Positions 1-8,344 of a stretch of 64,000 nt of DNA are shown here, in pieces; the stretch's first letter is position 1; each line of letters opens with the position of its first letter. The translations under genes were made by a program, and so were the position numbers. The stretch is from contig OZ246403.1 in the NCBI GenBank assembly GCA_965230925.1, forward strand, positions 646,541 to 710,540, given 5' to 3'. A model generated the notes under the pieces. That model was not told the origin of the DNA and did no database searches. It saw only the letters and a list, made by a program, of their open reading frames with translations. This DNA comes from an uncultured Candidatus Saccharibacteria bacterium. Its GTDB lineage: Bacteria > Patescibacteriota > Minisyncoccia > Phycocordibacterales > JACOZG01.

Positions 1-1
1 G

Positions 2-91
2 TCGGGGGAATTTAGTGAGAGTTTGTTGAAAGCAGCGCCGGACCGATCTGGTGATTATTTTAAAGTGAAGAAAATTTTGACGCGAGAATAA
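2..91 (+). CDS. gatC: 3' end of aspartyl/glutamyl-tRNA(Gln) amidotransferase subunit C (partial, runs off window start)
   Basis: Frame-2 ORF is open from the window edge to TAA at 89-91. Its tail ...KAAPDRSGDYFKVKKILTRE resembles GatC C-termini (NAPDHKDGYIRVPSIL). It lies directly upstream of gatA. It is not in the ORF track because it has no start inside the window. Confidence 0.45.
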   Translation, partial: SGEFSESLLKAAPDRSGDYFKVKKILTRE

Positions 92-92
92 T

Positions 93-1364
93 ATGAAGGA
101 TGAGTTTAAAGCGTTTTTAGAAGTTTATTCTGAGCCGATTGTCGGCGGGAAATCTGGTGCGCTTGCCGGTAAGACGATTGCGGTGAAAGATAATATTTTG
201 GTCGAAGGGCAGATTGCCTCGGCCGGTTCGAAAATGCTCGAGAAGTATCGCGCGAGTTATGACGCAACAGTAATTAAGAAACTTAAAGCTGCCGGCGCGA
301 GCTTGGTGGGCCGGACAAACATGGACGAGTTTGCCATGGGTAGTTCAACCGAGAATTCGGCTTATGGTCCCACGCTTAATCCACATGATCCCACACGCGT
401 GCCCGGTGGTTCTTCTGGTGGTTCGGCTGCCGCGGTGGCCGCTGGTCTCGCTTGGGCGGCGCTGGGTTCCGACACGGGTGGCTCCATTCGCCAGCCCGCG
501 GCGCATTGTGGTGTGGTCGGGCTTAAACCGACCTACGGCACAGTGAGCCGTTTTGGTCTTATTGCTCTCGCTTCTTCGCTCGATCAGATTGGCACTTTTA
601 CTACGAGTGTGGCCGATGCCGAAAAACTTTTTGAAATTATTTCTGGCGTGGATGAGAATGACAGCACGACAACTGAAGCACCAAGCACGAAGCGTCAAAC
701 TCCAAACAAATTAAAAATTGGAATTCCCAAAAAATTTTTAGAAACGGGGATTGATCCGGAAGTAAGCGCGGCGTTTGAGGCGACGTTGGCGAAGCTCCAA
801 GAACTCGGTCATGAAATTGTTGATATTGAGATCCCGCACATTGAGCATTCGCTCCCGGCTTATTACATTATTCTTCCGGCCGAAGCTTCTTCGAACCTCG
901 CGCGCTTCGACGGCATGCGCTACGGCACACGGCTTGCGGGCGATGATTTACTCACGGAGTATTTGAAAACGAAAGGCGAGTTATTTGGTCCGGAAGTGCG
1001 CCGGCGCATTATTATGGGTACCTATGTGCTCTCGGCGGGTTACTACGATGCTTATTACGGTCGGGCTTGCGCCGTGCGCGAATTGATTAAAAAAAGTTTT
1101 GCTGACGCGTTTACTAAGGTTGACGCGATTGCGACGCCGACAACCACCGCGCCCGCCTTCAAACTTGGCGAGAAAACGGCTGACCCACTCCAAATGTATC
1201 TTGAAGACGTGCTGACGGTGCCGGCCAACATTGCCGGAATTCCGGGTCTGTCGGTCCCGATGGGTAAAACAAAGACTGGTTTACCGCTCGGCTTCCAACT
1301 CATGTCCGCCCACTTCCGAGAAGACATTTTGTTCCAACTTGGTAAAATGATTACCAATGAATGA
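93..1364 (+). CDS. gatA: Glutamyl-tRNA(Gln) amidotransferase subunit A (amidase signature family)
   Basis: Amidase signature GGSSGGSAAAVAAG and catalytic GSDTGGSIRQPA; conserved GatA blocks (KDNI, TNMDEFAMGSS). Confidence 0.9.
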   Translation: MKDEFKAFLEVYSEPIVGGKSGALAGKTIAVKDNILVEGQIASAGSKMLEKYRASYDATVIKKLKAAGASLVGRTNMDEFAMGSSTENSAYGPTLNPHDPTRVPGGSSGGSAAAVAAGLAWAALGSDTGGSIRQPAAHCGVVGLKPTYGTVSRFGLIALASSLDQIGTFTTSVADAEKLFEIISGVDENDSTTTEAPSTKRQTPNKLKIGIPKKFLETGIDPEVSAAFEATLAKLQELGHEIVDIEIPHIEHSLPAYYIILPAEASSNLARFDGMRYGTRLAGDDLLTEYLKTKGELFGPEVRRRIIMGTYVLSAGYYDAYYGRACAVRELIKKSFADAFTKVDAIATPTTTAPAFKLGEKTADPLQMYLEDVLTVPANIAGIPGLSVPMGKTKTGLPLGFQLMSAHFREDILFQLGKMITNE

Positions 1365-1941
1365 TTCGCCGTTTTTTGATCCGAACTATCTCAACTTAGA
1401 ATATATTTATACTCGGGTGTACCAATGGTGGATCACCCTTAATCTGGAAGAATTTTCTTTTGGTTTATCTGGCAAGCTAACCTTTTGGTTCAGTGTCATT
1501 GTTTACTCAATTTCTATTCTTCTCGGGTTGGCGGCGACCTTTCTCTTGTTAAAATTGCGTCACCTGCGCCATAGCGAGGTCGAGAAGCTCAATGACGCCT
1601 TCGAAGCCTCGGTGAAGAGCGCGAAGGTGAAGAATGAAGAGTGGGAAAAGTCGCTCAAGCTATTGGAGTCAGACAATCCTTCCGATTGGAAGCTCGCCAT
1701 TATTACCGCCGATTCTTTGCTCGATAAATTAGTTCAAATTCTCAATTACCCCGGCGAGAACTTGGGTGAGCGACTGAAGAATGCGGAGCTGAGCGATTTT
1801 ACTACTCTTCAAGATGCTTGGGAGGCTCACAAGGTGCGCAATCGTATTGCTCATGAGCCTAACTTCCCTATTACCAAGCGCGAAGCGCGGCGTGTGCTTG
1901 GCCTTTTCGAAAATGTTTTTCACGAGTTTGACTACATTTAG
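1357..1941 (+). CDS. Membrane-anchored hypothetical protein with C-terminal HEPN-like all-alpha domain (RNxxxH motif)
   Basis: ATGAATGA start/stop overlap with gatA suggests translational coupling. Two predicted TM helices near the N-terminus, then C-terminal ...AWEAHKVRNRIAHEPNFPITKREARRVLG carrying an R-x4-H motif. Confidence 0.5.
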   Translation: MNDSPFFDPNYLNLEYIYTRVYQWWITLNLEEFSFGLSGKLTFWFSVIVYSISILLGLAATFLLLKLRHLRHSEVEKLNDAFEASVKSAKVKNEEWEKSLKLLESDNPSDWKLAIITADSLLDKLVQILNYPGENLGERLKNAELSDFTTLQDAWEAHKVRNRIAHEPNFPITKREARRVLGLFENVFHEFDYI

Positions 1942-1965
1942 CCTTTTGGGGTAGAATCATGTTAT

Positions 1966-2037
<72 letters not shown>

Positions 2038-2097
2038 CAAGTAAGTTTGCCTAAGTTGAGGAATTATGGATAATTTTAAGGCCGGTGGTTTACCCTT

Positions 2098-2171
2098 GCC
2101 GATGTAGCTCAGGTGGTTAGAGCGAGCGTTTCATAAGCGCTAGGTCGGAGGTTCGAGTCCTCCCATCGGCA
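2098..2171 (+). tRNA. tRNA with CAT anticodon (Met or lysidine-modified Ile2)
   Basis: Acceptor GCCGATG/CATCGGC, D arm GCTC/GAGC, anticodon stem AGCGT/GCGCT with loop TTCATAA, T arm GGAGG-TTCGAGT-CCTCC. Confidence 0.8.
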
Positions 2172-2208
2172 TCAGCCTTGAAAACGTTTTTGAATTGAGA
2201 AGTTTTTT

Positions 2209-2282
2209 GCGGCCATAGCTCAACTGGTTAGAGCACTCGCCTGTCACGCGAGAGGTTGCCGGTTCGAGACCGGTTGGCCGCG
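2209..2282 (+). tRNA. tRNA-Asp (anticodon GTC)
   Basis: Acceptor GCGGCCA/TGGCCGC, anticodon stem CTCGC/GCGAG with loop CTGTCAC, T loop TTCGAGA. Confidence 0.85.
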
Positions 2283-2367
2283 CCGTAGAGTGCGTTCTTA
2301 ACAAGAATCGTTGCTTGTGTTAAGTTAGCCGACAGATTTTGATCCAAAAGAAGGGGGGTGAGTCAGG

Positions 2368-2595
2368 ATGAAGATCCCCACTAGTTTCTTCGACGAGAGG
2401 ATGATCGTTCGAATGATCAGTCAGCCGCGGCTTTTTTACACTGGTACGGTTTCCCGTCTGAGTCGTGAAAAAGAAAATCGTCTGGTTCTACAGGACGTCG
2501 TTAATGGCTTTAATCGTAGGCGACTTGATTTTGTTGTCTTGCCATTATCCGAGGTTGTGTTTGAGATTGATCACAACGGCCATCTTTCGCCGTAA
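2368..2595 (+). CDS. Small hypothetical protein (75 aa) inside the tRNA cluster
   Basis: ORF is preceded by a purine-rich SD-like AAGGGGGGTGA about 8 nt upstream of the ATG. No recognisable domain; it could be spurious. Confidence 0.2.
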   Translation: MKIPTSFFDERMIVRMISQPRLFYTGTVSRLSREKENRLVLQDVVNGFNRRRLDFVVLPLSEVVFEIDHNGHLSP

Positions 2596-2659
2596 AAACC
2601 ACCTGTTGTGTCTTTACTGAGACCGGGTGGAGTGTTCAATCTGTTAAATTTTTCCATAC

Positions 2660-2732
2660 GCCGATGTAGCTCAGATGGTAGAGCAACTCCATGGTAAGGA
2701 GTAGGTCGCCGGTTCAATTCCGGCCATCGGCT
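2660..2732 (+). tRNA. tRNA-Thr (anticodon GGT)
   Basis: Acceptor GCCGATG/CATCGGC, anticodon stem ACTCC/GGAGT with loop ATGGTAA, T arm GCCGG-TTCAATT-CCGGC. Confidence 0.85.
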
Positions 2733-2753
2733 CAGGTTTACTTAAATTAAGAA

Positions 2754-2778
2754 AAGCGGGTCGCGATGACCCGCTTTC
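2754..2778 (+). terminator. Weak hairpin terminator after tRNA-Thr(GGT)
   Basis: GCGGGTC-GCGAT-GACCCGC followed by only TTT. Confidence 0.3.
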
Positions 2779-3197
2779 CGGTGATAGGAACAGAACCTAC
2801 CAACCGCCTGGAAAATCTGGAAACATGTTGGCGAGGACTCTCCCAAGAGTATTTTCGGCTAATTGAACAAAGGTTTTTCTGGGACGAGTGTTTCTTTTTG
2901 AAACTGGCGAGGTGGCCATTTCTGCTGGATACATTCCGACGAGTAAGTCACTTTTGCCACCGCTTGGGGCCCCTTTTCGACCTGTTTTTCCTTTGGAACC
3001 ATTTTCCGGTCCCAATCCGTCTAGATTCATAGGCTCAATCCTCCTTGTTTATTGCCTGGTTCCGTTTGTGCTACGCCAGCACTTATTGTAGTATAACTTT
3101 GTCTTTTGTAAAGATTGCCACCTTACCCGCCCGCAACGCCTGAGCGCGTAGCGATGGCGGGCGGGGCTCAGCCTTGGGTTGGGGTGGAGTGTGTTAA

Positions 3198-3270
3198 GCC
3201 GGAGTAGCTCAGTTGGTAGAGCAATGCTTTCGTAAAGCAGAGGTCGCGAGTTCAACTCTCGCCTCCGGCT
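3198..3270 (+). tRNA. tRNA-Thr (anticodon CGT)
   Basis: Acceptor GCCGGAG/CTCCGGC, D arm GCTC/GAGC, anticodon stem ATGCT/AGCAG (one A-G mismatch) with loop TTCGTAA, T arm GCGAG-TTCAACT-CTCGC. Confidence 0.8.
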
Positions 3271-3274
3271 CAAG

Positions 3275-4144
3275 ATGAATAGCGAGGAGACCAAGCAAAA
3301 GTTAGCAGAACTCGAGGTGGCCATGGCGGCGCCCGATTTTTGGGCCGACAAAAATCGGGCGCAAGAACTCGTTCGTGAATATCAGGACTTAAAAGAAGAG
3401 TTAGAAAGTGGTGGCGTTGGTGGCTACGACAAGGGCGACGCAATTATCACCCTTTTCTCTGGCGCTGGTGGTGATGACGCTGAAGATTTTTCTCGCATGC
3501 TCTATGAGATGTATGATAAGTGGGCGGTGGCGCAGGGTTTCGAAATTTTTTTGGTCCACGACAACCAGAATGATCACGGCGGCTATCGCAATATTACTTT
3601 TGAAGTGCGTGGTCGCGGAGCCTATGGTAAACTAAAAACTGAATCAGGCGTCCATCGCTTGGTTCGGGTTTCCCCTTTTAGCGCTAAGAAGTTACGCCAC
3701 ACTTCGTTCTCGCTGGTGGAAGTAATTCCTCGATTGCCTAAGGCAAAGGCGGTAGATATCCCCGAAACGGATTTGAAAATTGAGTTCTCACGTTCATCTG
3801 GTCCTGGTGGGCAAAATGTGAATAAGCGCGAGACAGCGGTGCGCCTTGTCCATATTCCCACTGGTCTCGCGGCGCACTCGTCCAATGAGCGCAGTCAGGA
3901 GCGCAACCGCGAGAAGGCGCTCGAGATCTTAGTGGGCAAGCTCCATAAGCGGCAAGAAGAAGAGCGACTGGCTAAAGAACAAGGAATGTATATTTCTAAA
4001 ACGACGGAAATCGAGTGGGGGAATCAAATTCGTTCGTACGTTTTACATCCTTACCAATTGGTAAAAGATCATCGCAGTGGTGTGGAAGATCGTGATGTGG
4101 AAAAAGTGCTCGGTGGTGATCTCTCAACTTTTATTCCCAATTAA
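3275..4144 (+). CDS. prfB: Peptide chain release factor 2 (compact form, no programmed frameshift)
   Basis: SPF tripeptide (VSPFSAKKLRHTSF) and GGQ motif (SGPGGQNVNK). The ORF begins 4 nt after tRNA-Thr(CGT), so there is no upstream frame-0 mini-ORF. Confidence 0.9.
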   Translation: MNSEETKQKLAELEVAMAAPDFWADKNRAQELVREYQDLKEELESGGVGGYDKGDAIITLFSGAGGDDAEDFSRMLYEMYDKWAVAQGFEIFLVHDNQNDHGGYRNITFEVRGRGAYGKLKTESGVHRLVRVSPFSAKKLRHTSFSLVEVIPRLPKAKAVDIPETDLKIEFSRSSGPGGQNVNKRETAVRLVHIPTGLAAHSSNERSQERNREKALEILVGKLHKRQEEERLAKEQGMYISKTTEIEWGNQIRSYVLHPYQLVKDHRSGVEDRDVEKVLGGDLSTFIPN

Positions 4145-4825
4145 ATGATTTATTTCGAAAAAGTATCTAAAGTTTATCCCGACAGCTTTGCTGCGCTTAA
4201 GGAGGTGAGCTTTGCGGTGGAGCAGGGGGAATTTGTTTCGATTGTGGGGCACTCTGGCGCGGGTAAAACAACTTTGCTCAAAATGATTATTGCCGAAGAG
4301 AAGCCGACCGCCGGCCGCGTTTTCTTCCACTCCACCGATATTCATTCATTGGGGAAAAGCACGATTCCTAAACTTCGCCGGCGCATTGGTAGCGTGTTCC
4401 AAGATTTCCGCCTTTTGCCAAACAAAACGGCCTACGAGAACATCGCCTTTACCATGGAGTCAGCGGGTCGGAGTGATGAAGAAGTGGCATCCGATGTGCC
4501 CCACGTGCTCGAACTGGTGGGTCTTCAGAACAAAATTTACAATTTTCCCCACGAGCTCTCGGGCGGTGAGAAGCAGCGCCTGGCGATTGCTCGGGCCATT
4601 GTGAATCAACCGGACCTTCTCATCGCGGATGAACCGACCGGCAATCTTGATCCGCTCAACACCTTCGAGGTGGTCCAAATTTTCAAAAAAATTAATGATA
4701 TCGGCACGACGGTGATTTTTACCACGCACAACAAGGGCGTGATCGATGAACTGGGTCGGCGAGTGATCACCATGGAGAACGGCGAGATTATTCGCGATGA
4801 CAAGAAAGGTAAGTACGTTCTATAA
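4145..4825 (+). CDS. ftsE: Cell division ATP-binding protein FtsE
   Basis: Walker A GHSGAGKTT, ABC signature LSGGEKQRLAIARA, Walker B LLIADEPTGNLD. The ATG directly abuts the prfB stop. Confidence 0.9.
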   Translation: MIYFEKVSKVYPDSFAALKEVSFAVEQGEFVSIVGHSGAGKTTLLKMIIAEEKPTAGRVFFHSTDIHSLGKSTIPKLRRRIGSVFQDFRLLPNKTAYENIAFTMESAGRSDEEVASDVPHVLELVGLQNKIYNFPHELSGGEKQRLAIARAIVNQPDLLIADEPTGNLDPLNTFEVVQIFKKINDIGTTVIFTTHNKGVIDELGRRVITMENGEIIRDDKKGKYVL

Positions 4826-4831
4826 TAAGCC

Positions 4832-5743
4832 ATGCTCGTAAATACTAAACGCATTATTCGTCTCGGCTTCATTAACTTCTGGCGCAATGGTCTTGTCTCG
4901 CTTGCCTCACTTATCGTAATGGTCATTACGCTTCTCGTGATTGGCGGCAGCGTGCTCTCTCGCGCCTTCCTCCTTGCCTCGCTCGATGAGATTAAGAGCA
5001 AGGTTGATATTAGCGTGGCCTTCCATGAGACCGTGGATGAGGAAGAGGTTCTCGGCCTCAAGCAAGATCTGTCACTCTTGCCCGAGGTAACAAACATTAC
5101 CTACAGTTCGCGTGAGCAAGAACTCGCTGAGTTCCGCGAGCGTAATAAGGACAATGCCCTCCTACTTCAATCGCTTGAAGAAGTGGATAACCCTTTTGGC
5201 GCCCGCCTCAATATCCGCGCCTCGGACCCCAATCGTTACGAGAGTATTGTGAAGTTCTTGCAAGATAAAGATGCGACGGCTGGTGAGCAAGGGATTATTT
5301 ATGACATTAGCTTTAAGAAAGATGTTGTCGACAAGCTCTCGCGGCTCATCGACACCGCCGAGCGCGCTGGTCTCACCATTATTCTGGTGCTCGTCTTTAG
5401 CAGCGTGATCGTCACCTTTGCCACCGTGTCGCTCGCCATTTATGTCTCACGCGAGGAAATTGGTGTGATGAGGCTCGTGGGCGCGCGCGACCAATACATT
5501 CGCGGGCCATTTCTCGTTGAAGGGGCAATCATCGGTCTTCTTGCCGCTGTGCTGGCTCTCATTTTGCTTTACCCTGCTACCATTTGGATTCATCAAGTCA
5601 CGGCGGGGCTCCTGGTGGGCATTAATCTTCTCTCCTACTACCTCAACAATTTTGGACACATCCTTCTCATTTTGCTCGGTTCTGGTATTATCTTGGGTGT
5701 CATCTCAAGCGGTCTCGCCTTGCGGCGACATTTAAAAGTGTAA
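4832..5743 (+). CDS. ftsX: Cell division permease FtsX
   Basis: N-terminal TM helix, periplasmic loop, three C-terminal TM helices; immediately downstream of ftsE. Confidence 0.85.
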   Translation: MLVNTKRIIRLGFINFWRNGLVSLASLIVMVITLLVIGGSVLSRAFLLASLDEIKSKVDISVAFHETVDEEEVLGLKQDLSLLPEVTNITYSSREQELAEFRERNKDNALLLQSLEEVDNPFGARLNIRASDPNRYESIVKFLQDKDATAGEQGIIYDISFKKDVVDKLSRLIDTAERAGLTIILVLVFSSVIVTFATVSLAIYVSREEIGVMRLVGARDQYIRGPFLVEGAIIGLLAAVLALILLYPATIWIHQVTAGLLVGINLLSYYLNNFGHILLILLGSGIILGVISSGLALRRHLKV

Positions 5744-5753
5744 GAAGATAATT

Positions 5754-6311
5754 ATGAATAACAAAGTCTGGTATGTAATTGGTTTGATTATTATCATCGG
5801 TATCATCGTCTTTATGACGTCGAAGGACTCCGAGACCATGCCCGCCGGTCAGGAAGGCAATGTGAGCGGTAGTGCGAGTAGCTTCACCACCAAGGGTGAG
5901 AAGAGCTCGCTCAAGGCGCTCCTCGCTCGCGCTGGCAGTCACAAGTGCACCTTCACCGACACCGCCGAGGGAACGGAGACGTCTGGCACAGTTTACCTTT
6001 CTGACGGTAAACTCCGCGGCGACTTCTCCTCCATGAGCGAGGGTAAGACCGTTATGAGTCACGTTCTGGCTGATGGTTCTGGTGCGACCCAGGTCTGGAT
6101 GGATGACTTTCCTCAAGGCTTTAAAATGAATATGAATGAAATGGAAGCCCAAGCCGCCGAGTCTGGCGCCGTGGACTTCAACAAGGAGCTTGATTACTCC
6201 TGCGAAACTTGGACAGTTGACGCGAATGCGTTCACTGCGCCTGCGGGCATGACCTTCATGGATATGAACGCCATGATGCAAGGTGGCACGCCGGTTCCGG
6301 CTACTCGTTAG
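5754..6311 (+). CDS. Hypothetical signal-anchored secreted protein
   Basis: N-terminal TM/signal anchor (VWYVIGLIIIIGIIVFM), Met-rich C-terminus. Chosen over the antisense ORF 5700..6281, whose product looks low-complexity and Arg/His-rich. Confidence 0.55.
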   Translation: MNNKVWYVIGLIIIIGIIVFMTSKDSETMPAGQEGNVSGSASSFTTKGEKSSLKALLARAGSHKCTFTDTAEGTETSGTVYLSDGKLRGDFSSMSEGKTVMSHVLADGSGATQVWMDDFPQGFKMNMNEMEAQAAESGAVDFNKELDYSCETWTVDANAFTAPAGMTFMDMNAMMQGGTPVPATR

Positions 6312-6335
6312 TTTTACCTAAGATTTTAGACAATC

Positions 6336-6366
6336 AAAAACCCGAGCCACAAGGTTCGGGTTTTTG
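6336..6366. terminator. Bidirectional rho-independent terminator between convergent genes
   Basis: AAAAA-CCCGAGCC-ACAA-GGTTCGGG-TTTTT: 8-bp stem with one G-U, A-run and T-run on either side. Confidence 0.75.
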
Positions 6367-6390
6367 ATTTAAGCACTTGATTCTTAAGGC

Positions 6391-6648
6391 TTAAGATAAG
6401 TGCTTGGAGACAAGCTTGGTCATCTCAAACATGTTGACCATATCCTTGCCACCGAAGACTTTTTTCAAATTCTCGTCAGCGTTGATGTTGCGCTTGTTTT
6501 GGGGGTCTTGGAGATTGTGCTTTTTGATATATACCCACAACTTGCTGACCACTTCTGAGCGAGGCATGGGGCCATTGCCCACCACGGCTGCGAGTTCATC
6601 GCTGACCGTAAGCGGCTTCATAAATGCCGAATTTGTTTTTGTTGCCAT
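6391..6648 (-). CDS. SWIB/MDM2 domain-containing protein
   Basis: 85-aa protein whose pattern (KPLTVSDELAAVVG...RSEVVSKLWVYIKKHNLQDP...LKKVFG...MFEMTKLVSKHLS) is typical of bacterial SWIB domain proteins. Confidence 0.75.
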   Translation of the reverse strand: MATKTNSAFMKPLTVSDELAAVVGNGPMPRSEVVSKLWVYIKKHNLQDPQNKRNINADENLKKVFGGKDMVNMFEMTKLVSKHLS

Positions 6649-6734
6649 TTTTGCTTATTTGATTAATAAACCTTCCGTCCCGGGTATTGTAGCACACTTG
6701 AGTAATTCCAGCATTTCCAGTATTTTATAGCTAT

Positions 6735-6805
6735 TGCCGGATCGTCTAATGGTAGGACATCGCCCTTTGGAGGCGAGTATCTTGGTTCGAGTCCAAGTCC
6801 GGCAG
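6735..6805 (+). tRNA. tRNA-Gln (anticodon TTG)
   Basis: Acceptor TGCCGGA/TCCGGCA, anticodon stem TCGCC/GGCGA with loop CTTTGGA, T arm CTTGG-TTCGAGT-CCAAG. Confidence 0.8.
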
Positions 6806-6825
6806 TTTGTTTTGAGATATCTGAC

Positions 6826-7734
6826 ATGAAATCGGCTACTCCCAAATACGATTACGAGTGGTTCAAGAAAAGAGCTTTCGACTCGCTTTTATCTATCGCC
6901 CCACATGTGTGGGATTATTCTGATTCTTTACTGCTCTACATTTTTTCCGGCGCTGACGCTTACGAAACCCTTCAAGAAAAAGATTCTCCTTACTTTAGAT
7001 TAATTACTAAACCAGAACGAGAGTATCTCGAGGCAATTGCCAAGCAAGTGGTTAATCTGTTGCCCGTAAACTTTAACTACATTGATCTTGGTCCGGGCAC
7101 CGAGCATAAAGAGCAATTCTTTTTTGATGAACTGAAGAAACAAGGGAAGAAGTTTACCTATATTCCCGTTGATATTAGCGAACACTATCTCAAACTGGCT
7201 GAGAAGAATGCGAAAGATCAAGAAATTCCTGTTCGGGCGCTCCAAGCCTCGTTTGAAGAGCTGCCTGAAATTTTGGGAGAAGCGACAGTGCCAAGGTTTG
7301 TGAATCTTGGACTTACCTTTTCTAATTACGAACCACAAACGATTTTGAGTTTGCTAAAAAGTATTGCTGGGAAAAATGGTTATGCTTTTATCAACTCTCA
7401 AATCAGGGACCGTGTGGACATGGCTGCTATTCAAGCAATGTATGCCAAAGATGCGCTAACCTTAGCCGACGATAAACTAAAATTACTTGGTCTCGAACCA
7501 TCGGCAGATGTCACTCAGAGAGAAGCCGATAGTGGAATTAAAGCCTGGTGTTCGATTATTAATCTCTCATCGGAGCTTAAAGAAAGGGGAATTGAGATTG
7601 GAGACAAACTTCTGGTCTTCCAAACCCTTCGCTACACCGTAGAACAATTGGAAGCTGAGCTCAAAAAAGCCTTAAACGATTACCAATTGTTTGACACAGG
7701 GGCCCCGTTTGTAGGAGCGCTTATTAAGACCTGA
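6826..7734 (+). CDS. SAM-dependent methyltransferase, EgtD-like (Methyltransf_33 family)
   Basis: Nucleotide-binding IDLGPGTEHKEQ...; overall resemblance to histidine N-alpha-methyltransferase EgtD. No egtB-like partner gene nearby. Confidence 0.5.
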   Translation: MKSATPKYDYEWFKKRAFDSLLSIAPHVWDYSDSLLLYIFSGADAYETLQEKDSPYFRLITKPEREYLEAIAKQVVNLLPVNFNYIDLGPGTEHKEQFFFDELKKQGKKFTYIPVDISEHYLKLAEKNAKDQEIPVRALQASFEELPEILGEATVPRFVNLGLTFSNYEPQTILSLLKSIAGKNGYAFINSQIRDRVDMAAIQAMYAKDALTLADDKLKLLGLEPSADVTQREADSGIKAWCSIINLSSELKERGIEIGDKLLVFQTLRYTVEQLEAELKKALNDYQLFDTGAPFVGALIKT

Positions 7735-7843
7735 AGAACTTGTGTAAGTTTGGTATGTTTATGAAGCGGAATATTTACCAGAATCCACATTTAGTCGAGA
7801 ACGACAACTGGCAGCAAGAACGCGTCTAAGGTAGGATGGGGGA

Positions 7844-8344
7844 ATGTTTGTCTTGTCTTTCACCGTCGCCTTCTGCCTCCTCTACGGAGTGCTTATTTTT
7901 CTCTATCCTTACTTTTTCACCGGTGCTACGGCTTGGCCGGGGCGGCGGGCTAATTTGTTTTCCCTCCTCGCCATTATTGTAGCCACCTTCGTTATTTTCT
8001 CGCTTGTGCTCAATGTGTCTGATCCAATTCTCGCCAACCGTCTCCAACACGCCCTTGGTGGCGGCTTCATGGCGTTTTTTGTTTGTTTCCTCGCCGCCAC
8101 GCGCAGCGCTATTAGTTTGAGCCGATTCCAATTTTTTTGCTTCAGCTTCCTTATTGTCACGGCGCTTGGCGTGGCCAATGAAGTTTTAGAATTCTTTCTC
8201 CAAAATTATTTTGGTCTTCACTTCGCCAGCGCTGTCAACGACACTTGGCTCGATCTTATTTCCAACGTCATCGGCGCTCTCGTCGCCAGTATTATTTTTG
8301 TCCCCTTTGTGCGTAAAAAAGCGAAGGTGGTTGAAGATAACTAG
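7844..8344 (+). CDS. Hypothetical integral membrane protein (about 5 TM)
   Basis: Highly hydrophobic 166-aa product; no recognisable motif. Confidence 0.5.
   Translation: MFVLSFTVAFCLLYGVLIFLYPYFFTGATAWPGRRANLFSLLAIIVATFVIFSLVLNVSDPILANRLQHALGGGFMAFFVCFLAATRSAISLSRFQFFCFSFLIVTALGVANEVLEFFLQNYFGLHFASAVNDTWLDLISNVIGALVASIIFVPFVRKKAKVVEDN

Noticed and set aside
331-1357. Several 60-117 aa ORFs on both strands inside gatA (331..546, 345..698, 775..966, 981..1193, 1055..1357)
   Set aside because: They lie fully within the well-supported gatA frame and their products are Arg/Pro-rich low-complexity; they are typical alternative-frame artefacts of GC-rich coding sequence.
2741-3197. Possible RNase P RNA / SRP RNA / tmRNA in the tRNA-cluster spacer
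   Set aside because: I could not find GGAAAGUCCGG, ACAGAANCCGGCUUA, GGAAGGAAGCAGCC or tmRNA tRNA-like end motifs on either strand. It is kept only as an unexplained structured spacer, not as a named RNA.
3049-3351. Minus-strand 100-aa ORF
   Set aside because: It runs antisense through tRNA-Thr(CGT) and the prfB start, and no RBS is evident; spurious.
4606-5097. 163-aa minus-strand ORF spanning the ftsE/ftsX junction
   Set aside because: Antisense to two conserved genes; Ser/Arg-rich low-complexity product.
5700-6281. Minus-strand 193-aa ORF antisense to 5754..6311
   Set aside because: His/Arg/Gly-rich low-complexity product with no start context; the plus-strand ORF has a credible signal anchor and fits the operon orientation.
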